The notes under the pieces: generated by a model | Seen by the model: the letters and a program-made list of their open reading frames with translations, nothing else | Database searches by the model: none | What the model was told of the DNA's origin: nothing | NCBI RefSeq assembly: GCF_048593235.1 | Contig: NC_133617.1 | Coordinates: 737,842,958-737,906,957, forward strand | Origin: Sminthopsis crassicaudata | Taxonomy: Eukaryota | Reading direction: 5' to 3' | DNA length: 64,000 nt | Position numbers and translations under genes: made by a program | Part shown: positions 1 through 12,770 of the stretch, piece after piece | How the letters are laid out: every line of letters begins with the position of its first letter | Numbering within the stretch: the stretch's first letter is position 1

Positions 1-2009
1 AAAGGTTACCAAGGATTTCTTAAGGCTCAACCCAAAGGCCTTTTCTTTGTTCTTTGGGCCCCTTTCAACTCTGTCACTAGCTTTCGCTCCAAGTGCACAC
101 TCTCTCCTCCCTTGGTTTCTTTAACATCATTCTTATTTCTCTTCCTTTTTTTTTTGTCTTCTTTCATCTTCCTACTCTTGCCCTCCCCCTCCACACACAG
201 ACTCCACAATTGGCAAAGTCTCACTATTACCCAAAGGCTAATCTGCTAAAGCTCATGGACTCCCTTCTCCACATCAAAGCTTCTTAAACCGTATTTCATG
301 ACCCCATATAGAGATATGAAATTATAATTTATTATCAGTGAATGTTGTTATATATATACCTGGAAGGCAAGTGGAAAAATCTTTTTGCCCTCATCTACCT
401 TATAGTTTTGAAAAGTCCTCAACAACAACCCAGCTCCCATTTGCCTTTCCAGTCTTATATTACTTCCTTGTCAAACTGACGGATAACTGATCTCCCTAAC
501 CTTGTCATCCCATTTCCTGCCTCCAGGCCTTTGAACAAGCATTTTCTCCAAACCTGGAAGGCTCTCCCTCTTCATTTCAGAATCCTTTCAAGCCTTAGTA
601 CCTGTGCCAATTTCTGCAGGAAGTCTTTTCTCTTCAGTACAAAAAATAATCATTGTAATTACTCTGGCTAATTTCATATTGACTTAATTTTGTACACATT
701 GTACCCTTCTTCCTCCCAACTTGAGACCAGGAACCATTTTATTTTTAATTTTGGATTTCATATCCTCAGCATCTGATTACGAAATTTTATTTCTGCTTCC
801 ACAACATCTCTCAAATATGTCCTCTACAACCCAAGGATCCAAGTGCTCATTATCTCTCTACCTTCTATTCAATTAGCTTCTTAGTTGGTCTCCCTGACTC
901 AAGTCTTTTCCCATCCCCATTCATCTTCTACTCTGCTGCCCTGGTGATTTCCTAATGTGAAGGTTCTGCCCACATCACTTACCTCCTGAAGCAACTTCCT
1001 CCCATTGCTAAAATCAACTATGAAATCATCTATTTGGCTTTTAAAGCACCTCCTACCTTATTACACATTTCTACCTTTCGTGCCCTTTGACCCATCCATA
1101 ATAACTTTCTTTGGGTTCCTCATATAGGACTTTCCATCATCTCCCGCCTCCATACCTTTGCATTGTTGTCTGTACCTGGAAAATACTCCCTTCTCATTTC
1201 CACCTCTTAGAAGCCCTAGTTAAAAGTTAAAAGAGTTTCCCCTAGCTCCTCCTGCCTTTTAAACTTAGCACTTGACAGTATGTCACATACTGTCAAAGAT
1301 CCAAAAAGAAAGACCCATTAGAATTGTTTACACTTGGATACTGTCTTTCCACAATTTACTACTCTACAGTAGTTCTGGTGGGTCCTTAATAAAGAAATTA
1401 AGTGTTGATTCCTGGAGGTCTCATCCATCAGAGTGGCAAAAATGAGAAAATATGGAAATAGGTGATTTTGGAGAGACTATGGAAAGCATTATCCTAAAAG
1501 TGTTAGAAGAGCTTTGAATTGGCAATTTCTTTTGGGAAAAGTAATTTAGGATTATTCAAGAAAAGTCATTAAAATGATTATGTTCTTTGGCTCACTGCAG
1601 GGTATATTCCACAGAAAGATCAAAGAGAGAAATATTTCTTTCTTCCTTTCTTTCTTTTTCTTTTTTTCTTCCTTCCTTCCTTCCTTTCTTTTTATCTTTC
1701 TTATCTTTCTTTCAATCTTTTTTTTATATGAAATAGGGCAAAGAATACAAAGCAACCCTATTTGTATCAGCAAACAAACTGGAAAATATGGATGTCATCA
1801 GTTGGGAAGTGGAATAAATCAAGGTACATAAGAAATGCTGAATATGAGGAATTCAGAGAAACATGGGAAGATTTCCATAAATGATAAAGAGTCAAGTATC
1901 AAGAGCCGGGAGAACCATAGAAACGATGACTAGACCTAAAAGGCAGCTAAACTCTAACTGTAATGACAGCCAATCAAAACCTGGAGAACAGGTAAGGAAA
2001 CACATAATG

Positions 2010-2500
2010 GAGGCAAAATAGTAAGTGGAAAGAGCATCAGCTTCTATGCTTCAGATGTTTACTGCATGCATGACTTTGATTGAGCAAGCCCCGAAACTTC
2101 CCCTGAGCCTCAGTTTCTCCATTTGGAAAATCAGGGCATTGGACTAGATAGCCTCTGAAATCTCTTCCAGGTCTAAGTACAGAATCTGTTTTGAGTTCTT
2201 TCCTTGTAGGCAGTTGAGGACTACTACAACCACAATACTAATGCTTTATATAAGACAAATATATGTAGCAATTATATAATGCTTTAAGATTTGCAGAATG
2301 ATTTACATATGCTGCCTCATTCAATCCTGACAACAATCCTGGAAGGTAGCTCATTTTACAAGTGGGGAAACTGAGGCTGAGAGGGATTAAGTGACTTCCC
2401 CAGGACCACACAGCTAATAAATGTCTGAGGTAAAATTCAAACTCATCTTCTTGATTCCAAACCTAGTACTTTACCTACTGACTCACCTAAGTACCTCACC
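2010..2500. mobile_element. MIR/CORE-SINE relics (representative of dozens across the window)
   Basis: Core motif ctcagtttcctcatctgtaaaatg or its reverse complement cattttacagatgaggaaactgag. Confidence 0.75.
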
Positions 2501-4699
2501 CCAGTATAGAATGATTGTCAGCAATGCAATGTAGTGGGTCAATCCATTAGTTTCCCTTTTTTGTTTTTTGAGGAGTGATAGTGTATATCAGGAAATGACC
2601 ATAAGATAAAAACAAAAGACAAAGATATAAAAAGCTTTTAAAAAGAAATTAATACTGTTTTCCTTCTTTTCTATGCTTTCAAGCCTAAACACTAACAAAT
2701 GAGTGTTTGGATTTCTAGAACTTCCCAAGGCCAGCCAAGTAGAACGGTTTACTCCTTTTGGTTCAGCCTAAAACCCTTTATTGTAGGTAAAAACAGTAAA
2801 CAGAGCCAGGTTAGAGAGGTCTCAATTTCTGTATTCAAATTCATATTTGAACTAGATTTTAAAAATATCATCTTATCTTCTTTGTAACATCCAGAAAATA
2901 GCTTGCAGCTGGGCCCACAGGCCCCCCCCAGCACTCAAGTAAATGTTCTTCCTCCTCCCACATGGCCAGTCAGTTGCCAGAGCTTCCAGTTTGTACATTC
3001 ATAACATCATTCTGTGTCTGATGCCTTCTCTCCACCCATCAAGCTACCACCTCAATTCCAGTCTTCCTCACCTCTCACCTAGATTCTCTCGTCTGTGGTT
3101 TCTTAATTGGTCTCTTCAAGCCTCAACTTAGGGCAGGCCTTCTTACACCCTGCTGCCATTTTCCTTTTTCAAAAATCTGACCACCAACTCCTAAAATTTC
3201 TAGCCCCAAATACACACTTCTGCTTAATCTTTCACCTCCCAGCTGATCTCTGGTCCCAGCTGATCTCTCCAACCTCAGTGGACACTGCTTGTTCCTCTCT
3301 CATTCTGTGATTTGAGCCCAAATGGCCTTTTTTTCTGTTCCTTTGAGAAGAGCCCCCTCCCCCATCTCTAGTGTCTAGGCTGTTACCCAAGTCTGGGTAA
3401 ATGATAAATACTAAAAGACTGCATCTTATAGTTTCAGTCTCCCCCTTTATTATTATTTGCCATTCCTTCTCCACGAGGACCAGGACATCAGGGAGATAAT
3501 CTCATGACAAGCAAGTGAATTGGATTGAAGTGAGGAAGGGCCGGGCAAGATCACTTGCCTCACTCTCCCCTCCAGAGCCACTGGATCCAGTGGGCTGTAT
3601 GATAAACCAGGACCATTGGAGATGGCCCCGGATGTAATGGGAGACTTTGGCCCTTTTTAAACTAAGGTCTTCAACAGGTGTCAGTTTGACTGAGGGGGGT
3701 GTACAGAGCCAAGTAACAATTGAGGCAAATAATATTCTCTTTCACCTACTCCCCCCCCCCAAATCTAAATAAATAAATCTGGGACCCTCAGGGTTTCAGA
3801 AAGCAGAAACATGGCTGTTTACATTCAATCTGAGTCAATCACTGACCAAAAGGCCCTGACCATTTTCTAGGAGAACCTTCCTGGAGCGCCCCAATACAGG
3901 ATTGCCTCGAGTTTAACTAGGCAGTAGAAGTGTGCAATTATTAACTTCCATTTTATACTCTATCCACTTCTCTATGCACTTGTCTAACCTTCCTTAGAGC
4001 GCAAGCCCCTGGAGAGCAGGGCTGGCCCCGTGGGCCTCCAGCGCTCAGACTCAGCACAGGGGAAGGCACTGAGGAGATGCTAAATAAACATTGGGATTGG
4101 ATGGCGGAGTGCTTCCACAGGGATCCACGACAGCCACACGTGGGCAAGGTGGACGAAGCCGTCTGGACTCCCTCTAACAAGTCCAGTCGCCCGCCTCGGT
4201 GGATAGCCCCAGGCCTGGGAAGGAGTGGGCACACAGCCCCCGCCCGTGCATGTGGTGGGGGGCTAATTGGGCGCTAAACTTCAGGGCTTCTTTGGCCGAC
4301 CCAGAATCCTTCAGCCAAGCTAAGATGGGCAGCGACTGAAGTCCCGGTGCTGAGGAGGGAAGCCCCGCGTTCAAATCCCTTTAAGCTCTTCGCTTCTGGG
4401 GCCCTGCTCAGTTTCCTCCGCGCTGAAATGAGCCAGGGGACCAATCGGGAGATTCTGGGGACCGTGCGCGTGACCTTGGCCCGAGCACTCGCTCCGAGTC
4501 TGGCTCGGCAAATCTGCCGAACCAGCGGCTCCACCGGCTAAATGACCTCTGGAGCGGCTTCCAGCCCTTGGGTCTCAGGCGCAGGTGCCAGCGGGGACGG
4601 GCTCCAGCCCGGGGCCGCCTTTGCAACGCCGGCCGGGATGCCCCAGCGCCAGACGCCGCTCTCGGCTGCCGGTCCAAACTGAAGGAGCCCGCCGGCCGA

Positions 4700-5300
4700 A
4701 GCGGAGGAGCTGCCTGGAGTGGGGTGCCCCTCGGACAGGCGGGGGAGCTGACGGGAGAGGGGGGTGCTCCTCGGGAGAGGCGGGGGGAGCCGTTTGGAGT
4801 GGGATGCCGGTTGCAAAGGTGGGCGAGCTGGAGGGAGTGGGGGTGCTTCTCGGACCGGCGGGGGAACTTTTGGGGTGGGGGTGCCCCTCGTAAAGGCCGC
4901 GGAGCTGTTAAAGTGGGATGCCCCTTGGAGAGGCGGGGGAGTTTCCTGCAATGGGGGTGCTCCTCGAAAGCCAGGAGAGATGATGGGAGTGGGGGTGCTC
5001 CTCGGAGAGGAGGGGATGCTGCCTGGAGTGGGGGTGCTCCCGGAGAGGCGGTGGAGCTGTTTGGAGTGGGATGCCCCTTGGGGAGGCGGGGGAGTTTCCT
5101 GGAATAAGGGTGCTCCTCGGAAATGTGGGGGAGCCGCTTGGAAGGGGGGCGCTTCTCGGAAAGACGGGGCATCTGTTTAGAGTGGGGGTGCCCCTCGGAG
5201 AGGCGGTGGAGCTGTTGCAGTGGGATGCCCTTTGGAGGCGGGGAGCTGCCTGGACTGGGGGTGCCCCTCGGAGAGATGGGGGAGCTGCCAGAAGAGGCGA
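4700..5300 (+). repeat. G-rich minisatellite, about 36-bp unit, roughly 16 degenerate copies
   Basis: Recurring GGAGCTG..GGAGTGGGGGTGCCCCTCGGAGAGGCGG; produces roughly 12-aa periodicity in the overlapping ORFs. Confidence 0.85.
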
Positions 5301-5682
5301 GCTGGGCGGGGGGAGGGGGAAGCAAATCTCTAGAAAGCCCAGGGCTAAAGGCCTCGCTCCGCCGGCATCCTGGAGCTCGAAAGTGACCAAGTTGCAGCCG
5401 TGCCAAAGCGCGGGCCGGGCACGGGCTGGAAAGGACCCCCATCCCATCCGGGGGCCTCTGGCCGGGGATGAAAAGGCCCGGGGCCTCGGGCCGCCCAGAC
5501 CGGACAGCAGCCCCGGCATCCGACGGGGCAGGGGGCGAAAGGGAGAGGGGACCCTTCTGACCCCTCCTCGACTCTCCCCCGACTCCCCCCTCCGGGCGAG
5601 GGGCTTCGCCAGCGCCGCCCCCCCCTTCGATCCGGGGGCACGTCCTGGGGCGCCCCCCTCCTCCCGTCTAGCCCCAGCTCAC

Positions 5683-5860
5683 CTCCTGCCGGCTTGGTCC
5701 GTCTCCGAGGGTCGCCCGATTGCCGCACTCGCCTCTGCCGGCCTCCCGGTCGCTCACAAGCTCACAGCTCTGCCTGCACCTTAAAGGCGCCGCGGAAGCC
5801 GGCAGATTCTGTCGGCTGTCAGAAAGTAGGCAACAGCCCTCCTCCTTCCCGGCCTGGATC
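5683..5860 (-). other. Candidate non-coding first exon of the minus-strand CpG-island gene
   Basis: Minus-strand donor GGCAGGAG|GTGAGC (GT at 5682-5681) inside the island; the 5' end is a guess. Confidence 0.4.
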
Positions 5861-7192
5861 CCGCCCTCCGGCTCTGGCTCCGCCCCCGACTCCGCCCCTC
5901 TCCGCTGGCCTCGGCTCCCCTGCGGACACGGCGGGGCAGATACTGGCGAGAGGAAGGACCGCGGACTCGAGCTAGCGGCGCCGCAGCTGCTCCGGGCCTC
6001 AGTTTCCCCACCTGCACGACAGGCAGCAGAGGGCAGGTCACGCAAAATGAGGGGAGCCGGTGACCGGGGACGGAAGAACGCGTGACCCGATAAGGGGTAG
6101 AGGCGATCTCGGAGGATCAAAAGGACAATCCGGACCCAGTGGCGGTGGGAGGGAGAAAAGTAGAAACCAGATCAATACGTCTAAAATGACAAAGGAAGGA
6201 CTTAGATGGGAGGGAGAAGCTTGGGGGGAAAAATAAAAGCTTTTGAAGACACAAAATGACATTTTAAAGGAAAGGGTTAACGGGAAATTTTGAAAAACTG
6301 AAGTCCTTTTGCATAAACAAAATCAGATTAGAAAAGAAAAAAAAATCTTGAACGGTTTTTGCAGACAAAATCAAATTATAATGGAAGAGTTTACGTGGGA
6401 AAAGTTTTTGTTGTTTTTTTCTTTTTTCTTTTATTTTAATAATTTATTCATTCGATATTTTCCCCAGTTATATTTAAAACAATATTTTACATTTGTCTTG
6501 AAAACTTCTGAGTTCCAGATTCTCTCTCCCTTATCCCCAACTCGCAGCCCCCATTGAGAAGCCATTTCCATAAAAATCACGTTGTGAAAGCTCTCCCAGC
6601 CTCATTTTTAAAAATAAAGTTATAAAAAGAGAGCGTATACTTCAGGCTGGTCAGACACAAGCAATTCCTTCTCTGGGGATGGGTAGGATTTTTCATTTTC
6701 AGTCCTTCACTGTGTGGTGGCTCATTGTACTGCTGAGAATAGCAAAGTCATTTAGAGCTGGTCATGTGGGAGAAGTCCTGAAAAACACCTCCTTTTGGAT
6801 GAACAAATTTACATTATAAAGAAAATAGTTGGGATGTTCGTTCTAAGACTTCCAGCTTTTGTTGGTTTTCTTAACTTTCCCTAGAGCACAAGAATTTATA
6901 TTTTAGAGCCACAGGACCTAGGAAACCCTGGATCCTGAATTTCAATATAAAGTTGATCATACTAAAATGTGACTGTTCTGCAGTCCTGCAGTTCTTTTCA
7001 CCTCCAATAGATGGAGGTCATTGGCCACTCTGTCAGGGATCCCTTGTGGACATCCAGAGTTGTTTTGCCAGCTGCACTCATTGCCTGCAGTCCTCCTCAG
7101 ACACCAGCAGGTGGAAGTCATCCCTTTCCCCAGGGGACCAGCTTTCCTCCAAACTCTTCCACTTCCATCAGTAGCTCAAAGCTATTGTTTCT

Positions 7193-7675
7193 CCAGTCTT
7201 TTATTGGAGTGTCTATGATACCTGGACCAAAAGTCTTTTATTGGAACTTCTATGATAACTGGACCAAAAGTCTTTTATTGGAGCTTCTATGGTAACTGGA
7301 CCAAAAGTCTTTTATTGGAGCCTCTATGGTAACTGGACCAAAAGTCTTTTATTGGAGTTTCTATGGTAACTGGACCAAAAGTCTTTTATTGGAGCTTCTA
7401 TGGTAATTGGACCAAAAGTCTTTTATTGCAGCTTCTATGGTAACTGGACCAAAAGTCTTTTATTGGAGCTTCTATGGTAACTGGACCAAAAGTCTTTTAT
7501 TGGAGTTTTTATGGTAACTGGACCAAAAGTCTTTTATTGGAGCTTCTATGGTAACTGGACCAAAAGTCTTTTATTGGAGCTTCTATGATAACTGGACCAA
7601 AAGTCTTTTATTGGAGTTTCTATGGTAACTGGATCAAAAGTCTTTTATTGGAGTGTCTATGATAACTGGACCAAA
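7193..7675 (+). repeat. 37-bp minisatellite, about 13 copies, no spacers
   Basis: Unit AACTGGACCAAAAGTCTTTTATTGGAGCTTCTATGGT repeated head-to-tail with few substitutions. Confidence 0.95.
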
Positions 7676-8250
7676 TCCAAAGATCTTCAAGGGATCTCAA
7701 GAAACCACAACATATTGCATTTGGCAAATATGTTTCTCTCCTCAGTTCCATATTGGCTTGTGGTGACTTAATGGAGCTTGATAAGTCTCTTATGAAGGAA
7801 GCTGCATGGTATAATGACTACAATGTTGCACCTGAAGTCAAGATAACATTAATCCAAATCTTGTCTTGGGTGCTCACTAGCGGCGGGCTTTCTAGTGCTT
7901 TGCAAACTGCCTGGCCTTTAATGGGCACTTAATGGACATTTATAGAACTGATTACTATTGTGTATGACCTTTGACAAATCACTTAACTTGTTTCAGCTTC
8001 AGTTTCTTCATTTGTAAAATGGGGATAATAACTATCTTACAGAATTGTGAGGTTCAAATGAGGTAATATGTGTTAAACACCTTGAAAACTTTTGAATGCT
8101 ATATTAATGTTAGCTATTATCATCACTCTCTCCTCTCGTGCCCAGGCTTGCCATTCACTGCAACGTCTCCCAGAGTCGGGGAGACTCTAAAGAGTGCCTT
8201 AGCTTTCTTGGAGTATCTGGGTGGAGTTCTCTGAATTAAAGCTGTGGGTT

Positions 8251-8409
8251 GGAACAGCTAGGTGGTGCAGTGGATAGAGCACCAACCCTGAAGTCAGGAG
8301 GACCTGAGTTCAAATCTGGCCTCAGAAACTTAACACTTCCTAGCTCTGGGACCCTAGGCAAGTCACTTAACCCCAATTGCCTCAGCAAAAGAAAAACAAA
8401 AAAGAAAAA
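8251..8409 (+). mobile_element. CORE-SINE, WSINE1-like
   Basis: CAGCTAGGTGGTGCAGTGGATAGAGC head, A-rich tail, TSD CTGTGGGTT (8242-8250 and 8410-8418). Confidence 0.85.
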
Positions 8410-9614
8410 CTGTGGGTTGCTACCTCATATGGGGTCACATAACTGAAGGTGGGGCTCTTGAAATGATGATTTATCAGTAAATTCTTGATTATATATCTAT
8501 TTTGTATCCTGAGGTTGAGTGAAAAGGAGTGGCTAGTTTAAGCATCCCTGCTCTAAATAGCCTGGGTCTGTTGCTGGAAACCTTTTTCAGGGGATAAGGA
8601 GGGGCTACATAATTCTCTGGCACTACCGTGTTGAGCAAAGGAAAGCTCTGCTGTCCCTGCTGCACTGGGTTCCTCAGGGAACACTAATCTTGGAGGCCCA
8701 GTGACCTAGAGCTGCTAGGTGGGTACTGGGCATTCTCCTGCAGGATGTCTGGGACATTTTTCACTCAGCCAGACCAAATTAAACCAATCCACCATCCCCA
8801 GCCATTTGTATTGGTTCCACTTCACCACACTCCAGAGAGGGAGGCTTTAATTAGAAGGCCACAAAAGAACTGAAAAAGCTTTCCCAAGGTCATGCAGCAA
8901 GTCAGGCTGAGACTGGGGTTCCAGGACCTCTTAAGAGTGAATGTTATCCACTGGGCAAAATGAGAGCAGGTTCTTGATGACGAGGAAGCCTGGCCCATCT
9001 CCTAAGAGTGCCAGCGCTGCGATACCTGTTTAATGACTCCAAACACTCAAGCATTACAGCTATTTCCTTATCAACTTTCCTGTCTCAACATGATACTCAA
9101 GTGGAGACTTTGGAAACAAGCAGGTGCCAGGACATCAATCAAAAGCTTCCATTCCTGATTTGTTTATGTTATTTTAATAGCCCAGTGAGTCCATGAGCTC
9201 ATGAGTGTGGAGAGTTCCTCCAATGAGGAAAATCAGAACCCATCCACGCCTGCCTTGTGACTCGATAGGCAAATAGATCAATGATTGGTATATGACGCTA
9301 GATGACAGGAAAGAGACACACACACAGAATCAGATCACAGTATGGAGACAGCAGCAGAGGGGACCAAAGTAGGGTGAAATAAGGCAAAAGCTCACCTTCC
9401 AGGGAGACATTGCATGGGCAGACTCCATGGTTTCACTGGAGAGGAGATAGGGAGCAGAGTCAGGTTGCAGAGACATGGTGGAGAGGAATCAGGTCCACTC
9501 ACGTGCTAGGGGCCTTCCCTTTTTTCTTAGGATCTGTTAAGGATACCAAGAGAGTGCATGGGCTGACCACTGGTTATCCTTTTCTCTTGCCATGCTACTG
9601 GTCCATCCCCCCCT

Positions 9615-9663
<49 letters not shown>

Positions 9664-10509
9664 AATTGTGCTTATATTGCTTAAGGCATAGAACTCATCA
9701 CTCCCTTCATCAATAAACTCCACTGGCTCCCCTATTACCTCCAGGAACAAACAGAAACTATCTTGGGCATTTAAGAATTACCCAACCCCATCCCATCCAA
9801 TTTTTCCAGTCTAAGGAGACCTTATTTCCCTTAACCAAGGCTAAAGCCAATCCGTCCTTCAAGCTCTTCCCCATTCACACTCTTTCTGCTCCACAGACCT
9901 TTGCCCCAGTTGTTTCCAACACCTGCAATGCTTCCTCCTCTCCCCTTTCCCCAACCTGTCAAATGTCTTAGCTCCCTTCAAGGCTGGGCTCAGAGCCACC
10001 TTCTACATGAAGTCTTCCCTGATTTCTCCCTGCTGCACCTTCCTCCACGTTGCCTCTTATTAGTTTTGGTTACATTGTCTCTACCTCGGTGGGTACATGA
10101 TGTCTTTCTTGATAGAGGACGAGTTCATTGAAGACATGGCCTGCTTCATCTTGGTCTCTGTAGCTCTGCTGTCCAGCTAGCGCCTGGCACATAATAGGAT
10201 TGTTTGTTGATTGTAATAAAGAGGGATGATTTGGGGAAGGACCTGCTGCTGACCAAAGTAAGGTTGGGACCCATATTGACTAAAGCATCAAGACCAGATG
10301 TGGACTTGGGAGCATCTCAGCTGCATTCAAGGCTAGGGATGCAGTACTAGAGAGATGCTAAGCCTTGTATCCTGCCTTATCTCCATCATCCAGAGGATTG
10401 TATTTGGTTCTAGGAACCAGCATTTCAAAGGACACTGTTTAAGTACAGAGGGTCCTGAAGAAGATAATCAAAGATGTCAAAGGCTGTGTGACCCTGGGCA
10501 AGTCACTTA

Positions 10510-10800
10510 AGCCCAATTGTCTCAGAAAAAAAAAAAAAGGCAGAGTAATGAAAGATATGAGAAGAAACTGAAGATCTAGCTTGGACAAGAGGAGATTTAG
10601 TAGGAGGTTCACAAGAGCTGTCCTTGAGTAATTGAAGGATTGTCACATGAAATAATGGTTAGACATGTGCTGTCCCAGAAAGGAAGGATAGAAGTTGCAA
10701 AGAGGAAGGTTGAGGTTTGACGTCAGGAAAAACTCTCTTGAGTCCAGCATTTCCTAATGTGGAATGGGCTGCCTTGGGAGGTAGTAAGTTGCTCATCACT
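10510..10800 (+). mobile_element. CR1/L3 relic (others at about 16075-16335 +, 16940-17560 -, 32780-33240 +)
   Basis: Recalled CR1 3' motifs (aatgggctgccttgggaggtagt); an FADDT-like RT remnant lies near 16310. Confidence 0.65.
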
Positions 10801-11196
10801 ATGATCTCATGTTTCATGTTTCATCATTTTACATATTTTTCCAAATATCATTTTTATTCTTCTTGTTTTTGTTTTTATCAGACTATAATATTCCATTGAT
10901 TCCGCCATTCTGGAAGAGGACCAAAATGACCAAATCTGTCAATGTACTTTTATATAGAATACTCCCTCGGGTCTCTTGCTCCCCCCCTTTTTTTTGGCTA
11001 ATATAATTGTATTTAGTGTGTATGCTGTTATTTTGATGATCTCATGTTTCATGTTTTCTCATTTTATATATTTTTCCAAATATCATTTTTATTCTTCTTA
11101 TTTTTGCTTTTATCAGACTATAATATTCCATTGGTTCCTTTATTCTGGAAAAGGCCCGAAATGACATCAGTCTGTTAGAGTTAAAAAAAAAAAAAA
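10801..11196 (+). repeat. About 1.6 copies of the 232-bp unit, ending in an A14 tract
   Basis: Near-identical to 12870-13257; begins abruptly at the end of a CR1/L3 relic. Confidence 0.85.
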
Positions 11197-12770
11197 GAAT
11201 GAATACCACTTATTTGATTCTTAATCAGTTATGTACATGAGCATGGAGTCAGTGAGCTCCCATTTCAAATCAGACTGTGATCCCAAGAAAAGGAAAGTAG
11301 GAAACAAGCATCTATTAAACTCCTACTACATGCTTGGCATTATGCCAAGTGCTTCATAAATATTTTCATTTTTGATCCTCATGACAACCCTGGAAGAGAG
11401 GTCTTATTATTATCCCCATTATTACAGTTGGGCAAACTAAGGCAAGTGAAGTGAAGTGGCTTGAACCAGGGTCACCGAGCGAATAAGTATCTGTGTGGCT
11501 GGATTTGAACTCGGGACTTTCTGACTCCAAATTCAGCATGCCATCCCCTGTGCCAACCAGCAGGATAAAAGATTGGGAGCCTGAGCCATGTTATCTATAA
11601 CCACTTAACTGGCCAAGGTGGCCATTCTATTTAAGTGCTCACATGTGAGTTATGACAAGTAGAATAATGTGGGTAATACGTAAACCTGGGTCAAATTCAA
11701 CTCGCCACTATTGGGCAAGGACAGCATCACGTTTTCAGGAGACCAAAGCCTTGCTTAATCATCTGTTCATCCAATCAATAAATATATAAAAAGTCCTCCT
11801 GATCCTTCACTCAGGAAAGTGTTCTTAAAGACTTCAAACAGAACCCAAGCTCCAGGAGGCCCCTCAGGCTGGGAGGGTACTGCACTGGGTGGGCTGTGTG
11901 TCTGCCCCCATGGACCTTTGTGTTGGGCAGTGTCACTGTCAGGTGGGCACCAGATCACTGCATTTTCTGGCCCGACAATCCCTGCCAAATGTCACCCAGA
12001 TATTGTCATTTTTATTGATGGGGAAGGAGGGATGATGGGAACAAAAACAAAGGCCTTTGAAATACTGAGGTGCCCTATGTCAGATCTTAAGGCCTCCTGA
12101 GCCAAAGGACCGTCCCATATTAGGGGGACAAAGCACACTCTGGAAAAAGTATTAGCAAGAAAAGCGTTCTTAGGAGTTAAAAAAAATGCAAATAAAGTCA
12201 AAAGGCAAGTACATGATTCTAGACTATGACATGTCTAGAGCAATGAGTGCTACAAATGGTAATTCTGGTTATGAAATGATGAGCGAGCCTTTTTGGAGGA
12301 GATAAGCCCTCCCCCTACCCCCCCCATTTCTGTTCCTTCTCACTTGGAAGCTTCAAAGGGGCGTGAGTGGGTGTGGGTGTGCATGTGGGTCTTTCAGACG
12401 AAACCTTTGTTTGGACTCTAAGCCAATTAAAAAATATTTTATCTCGGCACAGTAAGCCAGGAGGAAACAATTAGTTGCAGCACATGCTCTGAATCACAGA
12501 GGCAAGTCTCCTCTGTCATGAATTTCTAGAGGCAAACTCATGACTTGGATGGGCATTGTGTTCTGGGGATCAGATGCTCCCTAGCCAATCCCCTGTTGTA
12601 TTGATTATTATTATTAATCAATGTTCACCACAAAAACCACTAAGCAAATAATAAGGTAAAATAACAGGGCAAATTCCCCAGAGCGAATTGTTTACGGTTT
12701 CATTAAACCAAAAAACATGATAACTCACGTTTGAACCAAACAAGTAAGACTTTTGCTGAGGGTCCCCTCC

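Larger units (their letters stand above)
3990..6140. promoter_or_regulatory. CpG island, probable promoter of a minus-strand gene (ABHD6 by synteny inference)
   Basis: Very high GC and CpG density against a CpG-poor background, with GC boxes near 5860-5900. ABHD6 lying head-to-head with DNASE1L3 is recalled from other vertebrates; no ABHD6 coding sequence is in the window. Confidence 0.75.

Noticed and set aside
1-3990. ABHD6 coding exons
   Set aside because: No ORF here resembles ABHD6; the identity rests only on recalled synteny, so no gene symbol is assigned.
4408-5784. Long overlapping ORFs (344, 237, 203 and 179 aa)
   Set aside because: They arise from the GC-rich island and the 36-bp VNTR, are open in several frames on both strands, and give low-complexity products.
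7193-7675. 37-bp repeats as a CRISPR array
   Set aside because: The units are contiguous with no spacers, there are no cas genes, and the context is a mammalian genome.
8251-8330. tRNA gene
   Set aside because: The A/B-box-like sequence is the tRNA-derived head of a CORE-SINE, with no cloverleaf.
9618-9660. Long poly(T) as the tail of a processed pseudogene
   Set aside because: The adjacent sequence is L2-like, and I found no TSD or coding remnant.
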